64,000 nucleotides of DNA from Curvularia clavata (taxonomy: Eukaryota). Numbering within the stretch: position 1 is the first letter of the stretch; the number at the start of each line of letters is the position of its first letter. The DNA is taken from NCBI GenBank assembly GCA_023920165.1, contig CP089276.1:2604001-2668000 (forward strand). Reading direction: 5' to 3'. Positions 50,160 through 62,802 of this stretch are shown here, in pieces. A model generated the notes under the pieces. That model made no database searches. It was given only the letters and a program-made list of their open reading frames with translations, and was not told the origin of the DNA. A program made the position numbers and the translations under genes.

Positions 50160-50985
50160 TGTGGTTGTTATTGAGTTTGGTTAGGGAAAGATAGGAGGAG
50201 GATTGTGATGATTGAGACTTTGCAAGCGCGAGCAACAGATAGATTTTAAATCATTGCTTTCGCCCCCTTGCACTTTCACGCTTTCTGCTTGTGCTATCGC
50301 CGGTTACAGCCACAGAGGCCGAGGGCGAGGTTGACCTGACCAACGGCGGGTGAGTCCACCCGAATTGCGATGTATTCAGGCGAGACATTCAGCTTGCTAA
50401 GATACAGTCTGCCTAGGCACAGTCAGGCCGTCTACAAAATTAGACATAAATTGTTGATGTAAATAAGGATACCAAGGGTTGGGTACAGATTGTTATCCCG
50501 ATTCGGAAAACATTGTGGAGTTAGCGGATGCAGCCGTGCGGCTGTGGACGTACGTAATACGGACTTGTTAGCACGTCTTGTTACTGGGCTTAGTTGTGCC
50601 CTCCACACCTAACAATCAGAAGGACCGGGAGTTGTCCATGTTTAGGCAGTCTGCATGGCTCATACACATGATTCTCTTGACGCCGCAGCGTGGACAAAAA
50701 CTTCGATGGCATCACAGCTTTAGCATGTCCATATTCCGGTTTAAAAGCCATTCGGTATCATATTTAAGCCGCCAACAAGGGCGACAGAGTCAAAACACAC
50801 GCAAATGCCAGTAATCCTAAGCTCTGATGCATACTGGCTCCCGACAATCAAATTAGTGTACAAATGCCGACCCCATTCTCCATTTTTGGTGCTCGCCGAC
50901 ATAGCATGAATCGCGTGTCAAAATGCACGAAAGACGCAAAACACGCAATATTAAAGGAAAGGGGAATCGCATAAAAGGACAGGTC

Positions 50986-52956
50986 TTACCAAGCGTCCAC
51001 ATCGAAGCCCTCTTCCGAGAACTCGGTTGCAACGACTGTCCTCCGCGAGAACTGACGGCCAGCAAGTGCCTTGATAGCCTTTTGTGCTGAATCTATGTCC
51101 TGGTACTTGATGTAGACTTTGCCGACACCAAGGTTGATGCGGGCTCCAGCGGGACGAGGAATCTTGATATCGAGGATGGTTCCGTACTTGGCACACTCCT
51201 CTTCGATATCTTCCTTGATTTCTAGAATCATGTTAGCGCCATGAACAATGCTCCAAGGCGTTTGTCGATACTCACCTTGATATTCGTCGTCGTTGAGCAG
51301 CTCGTCCGAAGTCACCAGGTTCATGAGACAGACGACACGGCTGTGTTCGCGGTTCTCGGCGGCGCTTGCTCCTGCCAACATAGAGATGGCACCAACACCG
51401 CCGTCAAGGCTGGTCGTCTGCTGGAGACCGACAGTAGCACGGGACACCTTCAGATTGCCGTCACCAAGCGGAATGTCATTCAGGCCTTCAATGACTGCAT
51501 CGATAATCTCGTTATCAGCATATTCACAAAAAGCAATACCCTGTAGTACGTTAGCAAGCTGAAGAGATTAGTTTTAATCTTTCACTTACGCGATGTTGAT
51601 CAGTGCTGGTGTCCTTGACCAGAATAAACGCCTTAAGTTTGCCCATAGTCTCGACAAGTTCACGGATCTGTTCCTCCTCAATGTACGTGGGGATGTTGAC
51701 AATGCTGAGTTTGTTAGGGCTGTCCTTGACAACTGAAGACACTTCGTCGCCAGGTGGATATGCGCTCTCATCAGCAGTGGGTGTAATGTAGTCCTTGGGA
51801 CGACGGATGGAAAGACCTGAGCGATCGGGCGCGCCGCCGTCGTCACGCATAGAGATACCGTTCATGGCCAGAGCCAAAGTTGCATCTTCGGGTGCTCTAA
51901 ATTCCAGAGCAGCATATTCCTTGCTTGTGGCAATGTGGGCTGAAAGGCATGGATCGGGTCCTGAAACGACGTTGAGACCATTGAGTTGGTTATTAAAGAA
52001 TTCCATAAGCTCTTGCGATGTGCAACCCTGAGGCAGATTGTGAACGTAGAGACGCTTCGATTGCTTGGCGGCCGATGTGGCAAGAGCAGCGGCGGTAGCG
52101 GTTCCAGTTGAAGGCGAGATAAAAGCTGCCAGCTTCGATGGGTCCATAGGCGCAGCACGGGGAGCTCCGGGTAGAGGGAACATGCCCGATAGCTTGGCCT
52201 GCTCAGCCGTGATGTTTTCATAGCCGGCGGGCTTGATGTCCCACTGTGTCATACGGCGCTGGCGCTGCAGGATGGAGGGGAAGTTGGTGAGATCCGGAGT
52301 TGGTTCGCGCGGCTTTCTGTATGGCGGAGACTCTTCCTTTTGCTGGCGTGCCCTGTCGCGCCCACCACCAAAGCCTCCGTCGCGTCCGCCTCGGCCACTC
52401 CTGCGATCATCACCGAACCTATCGCCGCCCCTGTCGTTGCGGTCTCTATCCCGACGGTGGCCACGATCATCGTCGCCACGGTCGCGGTCGCGATCTCCTC
52501 GAGGGCGGTCGCGCCTGGAATAGGAATCTCCCCATCCGCCACGGTCTCCTCCACGCTCGCCCCGATCATCACGCCTCTCGCGACGGGCATATGTATCTTC
52601 GCGCTCGCGCTCACGGTAGTCGCGGCTGGACGAGTACGTGTCTACCTCGTAGTCACGGCGGGAGCCTCCGCCATGGCGCGGAGAGCGAGAACGGCGCCGG
52701 CGCCTGTCGCCACGGTCTGCACGGTCTGCACGGTCTGCACGGTCGCCACGATCGCGGTGGTCATCTCTCGAAGACTGTCCAGTTAGTACTTGTTTGTGGC
52801 TATCACCACGAGGGTCAGCACTCACGTAGTTGCGTGATCCACCTGAGCGACCGCCGTCTGCTTATGTTAGTGTCTTGAGTTCTTGAAAAACTGTACACCA
52901 GTCAGTACGTGTACTGTTAGAAGTGACTTACCTCGAGAATAGCTATCGCCGTTCAT
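50986..52956 (-). CDS. Splicing factor U2AF large subunit (U2AF65)
   Basis: ATG 52956 with two tiny 5' exons. RD/RS-rich domain, ULM (RRMTQWDIKPAGYE), RRM1 (KRLYVHNLP), RRM2 (NKLSIVNIP..GIAFCEY) and UHM (VVCLMNLVT..EECAKYG..AGRQFSRRTVV..DAW*). Confidence 0.95.
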
Positions 52957-53329
52957 GCTGGGTGGCGGAGGACGAGGTGGTGTTGAGGAGAGCTATCGCG
53001 CAGTAGCAACGGACAGCCGCGTGAGATTCTGCAGTTGAGTACAGTGACACGGCGATATAAGCTGCAGATAGCAAAGCGGGATCAAGCGATGATGAACAAA
53101 TCAACCGCTCGCAATGGTCCCAACTTGGCGACGCGATACTGTGTGTGTGGTTGCGGCTGCCGTCGCGGAAAACGTCCAAGAGAGAAAGTCGGGGCTGCGC
53201 TAGTGCGACCTTGGCGCGCTCACCCCTGTCGAAGGGATTAGACTAGACCCTGTCACTCAGGGACATGCGTATTCACACTCACTTTCACTTTCACATCACA
53301 TACATTCACGCCCAGACAATACCGCAGCC

Positions 53330-54614
53330 ATGGCTTTACGTGCCGCAGAATGGCAAAAGCTACCCACAAGCTTCACAGAACTATGCATTGATACTACGCT
53401 GCGATGTGGACAGTCTTTCCGGTATGATTTTCTAGATGGTAGCGACTTGCCCATGACCGCTGCTAACATGCCCTCCCAGGTGGCGAAAATCCGCAGAAGG
53501 CGAGTGGTCAATGGCTCTCCACGGTCGCATACTCTCCCTCCGCCAAGATGCTCAATATCTTCACTACCGAGCCACATACCCATCTGTCACTACCGCCTTG
53601 CCCACTCCGCCTCCGTCCAATGCGCCGTCAGTCGCCCCCGAAGAAGACGACACCCTCGCCCTTGTCAAACACTATTTCAACCTTTCGACCAATCTCGGCC
53701 ATCTATATGAGCAATGGGCCGCTTCAGATGCCAATTTCAGGAAGCGGGCACCCAAGTTCACGGGAATACGGATATTGCGACAAGATGCCTGGGAGGCGCT
53801 CATTGGCTTCATATGCAGTAGCAACAACAACATCAGCCGTATATCTGGCATGGTGCACAACCTCTGCTTACACTACGGACCCTTGATAGGACACATCGAC
53901 CAGGTTCCTTACCATGACTTTCCCACACCAGCAGCTCTCTCTGGCCCAGACGTCGAGGCGCATCTCATGAAGCTTGGCTTTGGATACAGGGCGAAATACA
54001 TCGCCAAGACTGCGCGCATCGTCTCAGAAGAGAAAGGATTGAAGTGGTTGGAAGATCTAAGCAATCCAGAATGCCCCCAGTTCCGTGTGCTGGAAAAGCC
54101 GGCTGGGGATATGCTTGAAGGGGGGCGAGAGGGGTACCGAAGAGCACATGAAGAGTTATTGGCACTTCACGGTGTAGGTCCCAAAGTCGCAGACTGTGTC
54201 TGTCTTTTCGGTCTCGGCTGGTCCGAGTCTGTACCTGTTGATACACATGTCTGGCAGATTGCGCAGCGCGACTATCGTTTTGGTAAAGGCAAACACAGCA
54301 GCTTGACGGCAGCAACATATGTCGCTATTGGGAATTTGTTTCGCAAGTTATGGGGAAAAGAAGCGGGCTGGGCACACTCTGTGCTATTCACAGCGGATCT
54401 AAAGGCATTCTCCGAACGAGTGGTTGCCAAGGTAGAGGTAAAAGAGGAGGAGATTACGATCAAAAAGGAAGATGATGAGACTGTGGTGGAAAGCAATATG
54501 AAGAAAGAGGTAACAAAACGAAAGCGCATAAAGAAGGAGCCATCCGAGGACGGTCACACTGTCATTGAAGTGAAGCGGGAAGCCACCCGACGGAGCAAAC
54601 GCCAACGTGCCTAG
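53330..54614 (+). CDS. OGG1: 8-oxoguanine DNA glycosylase / AP lyase
   Basis: TLRCGQSFR|W, ILRQDAWE..FICSSNNNISRI, LGFGYRAKY, and the HhH-GPD motif GVGPKVADC..VPVDTHVWQIA with catalytic Lys and Asp. Intron about 53422-53480. Divergent from U2AF65 across about 370 bp. Confidence 0.96.
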
Positions 54615-55421
54615 GCGGTCCAATGGACGGAGTGCCCAGTTGGTCATTTCCGTGCTGTGGATTATACACTCAATTATGTTTATACCTCTGACCATGCCTA
54701 TAGTAGAGTTGATCAATTGGGACATGGATAGATACAGGTATTGGTTTCAACCTAATTTCGCCAGGCAAGTATCTGCTAGGGACTAGTCGAATCATATGCC
54801 GCGGTTTACAAGTTTGTGTAACAATGCACGGCTACAGGATCAGATTGCTGGCATTGGCGAGGAATGGTTACCGTAAATATCTCAGCCCCTCTGAAGTATG
54901 CATCCGCTCTTCTTAGACACATGAACGCCAAGCTCTGTACCGGGTTAGCGTCACTTGCCTGGGTGTCGTATCTGATAAGCAGTAGCCACATCCCAAGAGT
55001 TATTATGCTTTCCAAACCTCAGTAATGATACGATTGAATTGGACATCTTCACAACCGAGGACGTACAGTAATAAATCGAGGCGAGAAGGGTCGCCATGAA
55101 GCAATCGCCAGGATAGTATGGCTCACAAGACTGGTGATCCTGACTATCCCAGCTTCGGGTTCGCTTTACTCCCTTGCGAAGAGATAGTCTTTTTGGACCC
55201 CACGACTTGCTCCTGCATGCCGGCGCAACATCCGGATCTGTCCATCTGCCATGTCGCGTAACCAGAGGCAGTGGCACAGCCACGTGCCATTCCGCGGAGA
55301 GTGTTTCAAGACGCGGATCCAAGATATTCTATGGTGGAATACTTACCCCTTAGCCATGCTTGGACATAGCACATAAATAACAACCAAACACTCTCCTACC
55401 AGATTATAGTCGGCTGTAGCT

Positions 55422-58175
55422 ATGGAAGTCCTTTCAGCCGCAGCCAACGGTGAGACATATCACACTTTGCTGTCTTTCTTACTGACAAATTCTAGGCTTA
55501 GCTGTAGTCTCAGCTGCTGTTCAACTGACAGAGTCATGCGTTAAGCTGTACAAATTTTGGGAATCAGTTGAGGACGCACCGCAAGAAATCACAGCCATCA
55601 AAGAAGATCTTCAGTACCTCATCTCCGTCTTCAAGCGAATCGAATCTGTTAAGACGCCACTTGGGGAATGCATAGTTGAGGGCATGGAGCATTGTTGGGT
55701 TAGACTTCTTGTGCGTTGTCCCTGCGCCTCAGATTCATCATTCTCTGACCATCCAGGAACTCAATGCAATTGTCGAAAGGTTCGATGAGGGCTTTCAGTC
55801 CTCGTCGCGCAGAAGACAAAAATGGACTGCTTTCAAAGCGGTCACTCAAAGCAAGCACGTCCAAAAGTTTCGCGATTCACTAAGTGAAGCGAAGTCAACA
55901 TTGACTCTTGCACTTGTGCATCAATGGTATGCCTCTACTATTCGTTCTAGTTGTTCAATGTGACGACATTAACCTTTCCAAGTGTACTACAACCACAGTC
56001 CCATTCGTATACTGTTTTGACAGGCACTTCGATATTAGAAAATCCACGGACTCACCTGTCACGCGCTGAAAGAAATCAACGTCAGTTGCCCGGGCGATTT
56101 GCAGATGGTAAGACCACTGCACAACAGAAACTAATCGCACCCCCGAAATACACAGAACAGGACATTCTTCGTCCTAATCTGGTCCAAGAAAAAAGAACAG
56201 CGAGAGATGTTTTGACGCATTTTGAAAAGACTGCATCGGGACGTGCCTTGGGTGAAATGAAGTTACAGGAACTGATGCTCCATGCGATCGAGCAAATTGG
56301 AGTGGCGAAATTCGAATCCAACTCGCTTGAGATTTTCGCCCAAGATGGCCACACCGTAGACCGCAATGGAAGTCTTTCAGCAAAAGCCTTTGTCTACTCG
56401 GACAACTTGCAGTACCGAGTCAGACATCATGCGACAAGTTTTCGAACTGCTTTTGGCTGCCTATGGATTCGCAAAACCATCCTCAATGTTCCGAACAAGA
56501 CACACGACAGCGAGGAAGAGGCACAAAGCGTTACCTCTTACATACTATATCCCAACACGTGGGTCCAATGGCTGGGTGTTCGTAACGGAGTCGAAGCGAT
56601 CATAGCTTCTGCCGGTCGGAACTCGCTTTTGAATTGTAGACTGACGGTGACTCGTGCCGTTCCGGAGGACTCTCTTATCTTTGAGCTCTGCCGGAACGGC
56701 CAAACTCGAGCTGTCGAAATCATTCTTAGCAAGGGACTCGGGAGCGTTGTTGACACAAGTCCCCGAGGCTGGAAGCCTTTACACGTAAGCCGTGTCTACT
56801 TTTGAGACTCATACGAGGCACTTATCTGATAGAGTACTGATTGAGACGCAGTTTGCGGCAGCCGGAGGTCATGTAGACTTATGCGCCATGTTAATCGAAG
56901 CTGGTGCCGATAAATCAGCATTGGTATATGAGGGGCCAAGCCCAGCCATACTGTAAGATATATCAGTAACATTCTAAGACAGCTCATGCTGATTCATACA
57001 GCTCTCCAATTACACTGTTCGTCGCATCAGCTCATGACATGCACGCGGAAGTCAAAATATCGATGCTGAGACTATTCTCTGATTGCATCGAGCTGACAGA
57101 TCCCAAAAGCGACGGCTGGACAGTACACGAATGGCTAAAGAGGACGTATGCGCAAGAAAATGTACCCATCTCGCAGAACAGCATCACATGGCTACTTCGT
57201 TGTACTGCCACTGAAGAGTATGTTGAACTATCCTCGACCACGATATGGTGTGGTTTACAGCACGCCGTGAGAACTGTGCTTTGCCACGCGCGCCATGGCT
57301 GTTTTCTGGACCAGATTCTAGAACTCTCCGATGGCGAATACAAAGCAACCAGTAGGAAGAAGATAGATGCTATAGGGAATTTGCTGGCTCTCAGAGTTTG
57401 CGGCAAAGTACTATTTCCAATGGCGATCAACGCCGGATCATTTGCCCAGATGACTGGATTCGATTGGGCCTACGACAACTTGAGCCACAGAGAGTATCTC
57501 AAGGCCCTCCCTACCTTATATAAGGCATGGTGTAACATGATACTTGACTACACTGAGAAGTTGGAATCCTACCTTCGGGTAGAACTCGAACACTACCAGC
57601 AACAACTGGAGATCACAAGAGCTGAGTTCCTGGATGCCGTTTCGTGCCAGACGACGGTGGACAGAAGCGACAACAGACGATTCAAATTCCAGTTTTGTAC
57701 TTACTGTGGAGAAGACTCAAGTCCCCTTCCAACTGCGCTTGTCTCGCCCGTACGCATAGCCGTCATTGAATGCATAGAAACCAACCACCGGTTCGGTTGC
57801 GTATGCCAAAAGGCTCACATGCTACGTCCAGCATCCGGACTGCCGACACTACCTGAGTACACCGGCACATATTGGCTTGGAAGCGATCATGACACAGTAG
57901 ACTCTCTCATCGAAGAAGAGTTCTACGACGCCGAACCATACCTACTCCCTGAACCCATCCTTGCAGACCAAGACAGTGCTACCACCATGTTGACCGAGGC
58001 AGCCGTACTGTTGTATCGGTCTCAAGGGAGAGCCTGGTTGAGTGACTATGACCCCCACGAGTTCCTTTGCGCATCCTGCTTCCTTGTACGAGAGCGATAC
58101 ACCGACAAGGATGGATCCATTGCCGACTTCTCTCCCAAGCCACGTCATTTCGATGGATTAAGATTCAAATCATAA
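55422..58175 (+). CDS. Protein with a HeLo-like/SesA-type N-terminal helical domain, ankyrin repeats and a Cys-rich C-terminal region
   Basis: Six exons join in frame (introns 55450-55495, 55711-55756, 55927-55982, 56785-56851, about 56953-57001). N-terminus MEVLSAAANGLAVVSAAVQLTESCVKLYKFWESVEDAPQEI..KFRDSLSEAKSTLTLAL. Ankyrin-like IFELCRNGQ..GWKPLH|FAAAGGHVDLCAMLIEAGAD. Confidence 0.78.
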
Positions 58176-59144
58176 CCTCGATTGACAGACCCGATGTATG
58201 CACGAATTCTTGAGAATGTGCATTGCCATGACAAGGAAAACAAGGTTCACGGAGCCGTATGCACTAGCATGCGAAACTCGCTAGCGCCGTGAGCGCTTTC
58301 TTTTGCATTTATGCAAGACGAACGAGAAATTCATCACACCACGGTCAAGGCGGTTCGTTTTACTACTATTGCTATATGGTCAAGGGTATCGGTATCGAAT
58401 CCGACCCCGGCCTTCTTCAGAGAGTGGCGAGAGTGGAGTCTACACGCGCAATGCCCGGCCGCACGAAACCGCACGAAGTGATCATCTCTACGATTACTAT
58501 CTTAGGTGCAAAAGTCCGGTGTACTGGATACGACGTTTCCTCAACGATATTCTTTTACTCCTCAGTTATTACAGAAGGCCATAGGCAAGTTTCTTTCCTA
58601 GGGATTTTTGGAGAACAGGTAATCTTCCAAGATGATTCAAGTACGTATAAAGTAGATTAATAAGAGCATAAAGCGCTATGATAATAATCATTCAGAGAGA
58701 AAAGACTGGCTTATTAGATCAAAGAATGAGCGTGATAATTGTCATTTGGGGTTGAAATGAAGTCTGATCCTTTACGGTCCACAAGCCACAGGAGCGTGGA
58801 TAGGTCTTCAATAAGCACTATACCTATATAGATCCGAAAAATCGTACGAATAATACCCAGCTACATTTGTACTGCATCCCGGCATCTCCGTAGAGGTTCT
58901 GGATTAGCGCATGACCGCTGGTGTTGTGTGTTCGGCCCTACTTGAGTTACAGACCCACCTTCAAGATAGCTATTATGTACACTATGGCATAATGTCAGAA
59001 CGACCATGTCGCGTATTCGCAACGAGCGGAGCGGACGGGTACAAAGTACATGTCAGCATGTGTAGTGTATATGGGTTCTGAGACAATAGAGTAGTTCAAT
59101 AGGCGTTTTGTGGGCCCTGTAGTCTTTGAATGCGTAAGGACGAT

Positions 59145-59690
59145 GACAAGCAAATCCTAGTTTAAGTAGATCCATCCGAAGGGCTCCGACAAGCAAACCC
59201 TAGCAAGAACAATCATGGTAGAGCAAACAACCGGCAAATAAGCCCGAGTAAAAACAATTCCATGAGCAAGAAAAATAAACGGTAAATAAACTTTAGCAAA
59301 ACCATCGTTTCAAAAAAGACAAATCCCCACTTTTTGTACATAGTATGATTACAACTGCATTGGTCGGAGAGAGAGCCGGTAGGCAAATCCCAGCAAAAGT
59401 AATTCGGTCAAATGAGAGAAATTATGGCCAAACCTTAAAGTCAGCACTTTTCGTTCGAAGAAAGATCCGGAAATCATTTCAGACCAAAAAAGGAAACCCG
59501 GTAATTAGTCTCGACTAAAGTAAGCGATTATTTCGACAAAGAACCGCTTCTTACATAATACCAGTTACATTAGCAGAGGAGAGAGCCGGTAAGCAGCAAC
59601 TAGCAAAAGCGTCAAAGGAAAACAATTGTTTCAGTAAAGAATCATTTCTTGTGTAGTTCGAATTGCATTAAGTACATCAAAAATAGGTAG
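59145..59690 (+). repeat. Degenerate A-rich repeat array (about 23-nt core, roughly CCGGYAAGCAAAYCYTAGCAAAA, 6-7 copies)
   Basis: Copies at about 59145, 59186, 59231, 59279, 59376, 59498 and 59586. GGAGAGAG(AG)CCGGTA is shared by the copies at about 59366 and 59578. Confidence 0.6.
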
Positions 59691-59734
59691 TGAAGACAAC
59701 TACTCGACAATCTCAATCATATCCACCAACCTAC

Positions 59735-61777
59735 CTAAACTCCCAAAATCTTCTTAAGCACAACATGCAACTTCTCTGTCGTCTTCTTCTCATCCTCCAG
59801 CGGTGCCTGAGCACGCCATGCGACGGTGCGGTCTGGACGGACCAGGACGGCGCCCTTCTCACCCACGCCCCGGACTTCATGCCAGCGGAAGAACGTGTCA
59901 CCATAGTCCTGGCCAAAGCCGATACTCGCGACAGCAATCTCGACGCCAGTCGCCTTGGTGACCTCTTCGGCAGCCTTGGACCAGATGTCTTTTCCGCCGA
60001 TGCCTGTTAGGATGGTGAAGCGGTTGTGGCCGACGACATCCCTGGTGGAGACCAGAGGTAGTCGTGGACCCGGCTCATCCTGACGCGGTGCTAGCCAAGC
60101 ATGGGGTACTCGCCAGCCAGGGTATGTGCTGGTGTAGAGCTTGGTGGAGCGGTCGGATACATTGGTGGGCCAGTCTGGCTCTTGGGTCTCGTCCTCGGTG
60201 TACACGGCAGAAGACTTGTACCATTGATTCATCATAGCACCGATGCAGTGACGCTCATCGGCTAGGTCACGAATAGCCTTACGGAATCTCTCGCGGGCTG
60301 CTTCGCCCTCGGGTGAGTCCTGCTTGAGCAGCTCGTCCATCTGAGCGCGGCGATCGACGCCAGGCTCATTGAGGTATCCGAACTGTCCGTAGAATCCAAA
60401 GTTGAGACGCCCGTTCTCATTGGTGCGCTGGACCACGTACTCGCCTGCTGGCTGGCGCTCGTCATTGTACGACTTGAGCAGAGACTTGTCCGCTTTGCCT
60501 TGCAACACGTATGCCATCTTCCAGGCCATATTGAACGAATCCTCCATGCAGGTGCTGATGCCGAGTCCGCCAAAAGGAGGATGGCGGTGGACGGAGTTAC
60601 CCAGTGCGTGTACATTTCCCGAGGGAGATGAGTAATGCTTGGCGTACACTTCGTCGAAGCTCCAAGTGCTGATTTCCTTAACCTTGTATTCGATACTATC
60701 ATCCCCGACAAGTTCCTTCATGCGTGCTAGGATTTGTTCGTCGGTCGCTTCGAGCTTCTTGTAGGTAGGGTGTGGGAAAAGAGAAATCACCCAATCATTC
60801 CAAGGCTTGATGAAGTGCGCGATACCGAGGACGCCATAGTCAGGCTGTGGCTTGTCTGGGCGATCGAGATAGTGCAACAAGCCGCGGTTATGCTCGGTGA
60901 GGTGTTTTAGGTCGGCTTCGACCCAGACACTAATGACAAAACCATTGCCTGGGCCTTGGACCATAGGAAGATCGAGTTGGCGTGCTACGGTACTCTCGGG
61001 TCCATCTGCACCACAAAGCTGCTTCGATCGCACAGTGGTAATTTCGCCGGTTTCCGTATTCTCAATAGTGCTAATCACAATGTCTTTCTCTGCGTCCTCG
61101 GTAAAGCTGACCAATCGCGTATTCCAACGAGTAGGAAAGCCGTGTTTCTCAGAATGTTCGAGCAACAAAGGCTCGAGATCGGATTGACAGAGACAAAGCG
61201 TCTTGGACGGACTTGCGTCAAAGTAGTCACCCTGCATGCGTTTTTTGCAATCAGAATCCAATGATGTCAATGTTGGGGTGATTTGGGAGGCCTTACATGT
61301 CTGTGGGGGTCGTTGCCAAACACATGTGCCCTATAGATCTCCTCACCAACCAGCGTCTTGCAGAAGCGCGTATACGTGGAATACTCGGATACCGGCCATG
61401 AAACCTCCCGAGCCTTTTCCTCGACGCCAATCTCTCTGAGACATTCTATGGCGTGATTTGTCAACTTTATAACGCCTCTTGCGAAGACGGAACAAGGGTG
61501 GGGATCTCACATACCTAAACCGGCCATGTTCACATAGTTAGCACGTGGGCGAGGCGAAGGGCCAGGCTTAGCGTCGATCTGCAACCCTGTGATACCTGTG
61601 TGATGGTAAATGCAGTCAGCGTCCGTTGCGCAATGATGCATCCCGCGTATGCGTAAGATGGAGGGCCTTACCGTGAGTTCCGAGAAAGGAACCCAGAGAG
61701 GCACCTGTAGGCCCAGCACCAACGATGAGTACATCGACATCGAGCGTCTGAGACGATGTGCTTCCAATGTCACCCAT
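59735..61777 (-). CDS. FAD-dependent aromatic monooxygenase (PheA/TfdB, 2,4-dichlorophenol 6-monooxygenase-like)
   Basis: ATG 61777 gives DVLIVGAGPTG. Also ADG, GNSVHRHPPFGGLG..NMAWK, LLKSYNDERQP, and a C-terminal thioredoxin-like PGWRVPHAWL..GAVLVRPD..VAWR. Three 5' introns join in frame. Confidence 0.9.
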
Positions 61778-62802
61778 GGTGATTGCTTTGATAAAAATAG
61801 CACAAGGGTTGCCTGGAGACTTTGGTCAAAGAGATGTGTGTTGCCAAAGACTGAGTGAGCTGACTGGTGGATTCTGACTCAATATGCACGTCGCTGGCAC
61901 TCTTTTATCTCACACCCATTACTACGAAGGAACAATGGTGTCGCGGAAACGCCATTGAACTGGCCCGAGAATCAAAAATCCGCCTCGGAAAGGATCAGAC
62001 TTTGTTCCGAATATCTGGTGTCAAAATACTCCGGATAGATACGGATGAGGGGTGAAGCGAAGGGACGCGGGTAGCCAGTATGAGCCGACGAGGGCCTGAT
62101 CTGAATTGAAATGCCGAACGTCAGTTGTTTTACCTGGAGATCGGCCCCCAATACGACGGTTGAAGGAATGTCGGAACAAAGGGTTTGTGCAGGCAGAAGG
62201 CGTCTCGGTACGTGCTACGGGGGAAATCCAAAAGCTGTTGCATTAGAGGGTGATCGTTGGAGCTTAGTAGAGAAAATCTCATTTAGGCCTCTCCGCAACC
62301 TGCTTAGTCGGGTTGCATGTCGTGTGGCTTAGGCCGCCGTCGACTGTTACCCTGCCGATCACGTGGGATGGTTCTGTGGATGTGACATAAGAGCGTCATC
62401 AGCCTCACCCGTGTCTAGGATAGCACTGTCTACAAACAGGATCCCTGCCTGTAAAAGTGGGTTTAAAGTGGGGACACAACTGACGCCGCTATCCAGCGGG
62501 CCGAAACGGGTGGGCACTAAACTTGTGGTACGTGCCAAGTCGGGGCAACCTTGCTCACCATCCGATCGTCTTATCCGTGTTGCGCTGGCACATATTATCT
62601 CCGCAGGTGGCGACGACCACACACCCTTGCTTGTCAAATCAGGGCACCGCGGACGAGGCTGATACAGGGGTTTTATCAACTACGTGCGAACCGTAGGATC
62701 TGGGGGAGGGTGTGCTACACATGTTTTTCTTTCGCCGCGCAGCGTCTTAATCAAGTGTTCTGCTCCATCCTCGCACGATTTTCCATTTCTGTTTCTTTCG
62801 CA

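Noticed and set aside
54970..54978. Single ATCTGATAA (SreA-type iron GATA site) upstream of the HeLo-like gene
   Set aside because: About one such match is expected by chance in 64 kb, and there is no partner site.
59145..59690. CRISPR-like interpretation of the interspaced repeat array
   Set aside because: Eukaryotic context, highly degenerate repeats, irregular spacing and no cas genes.
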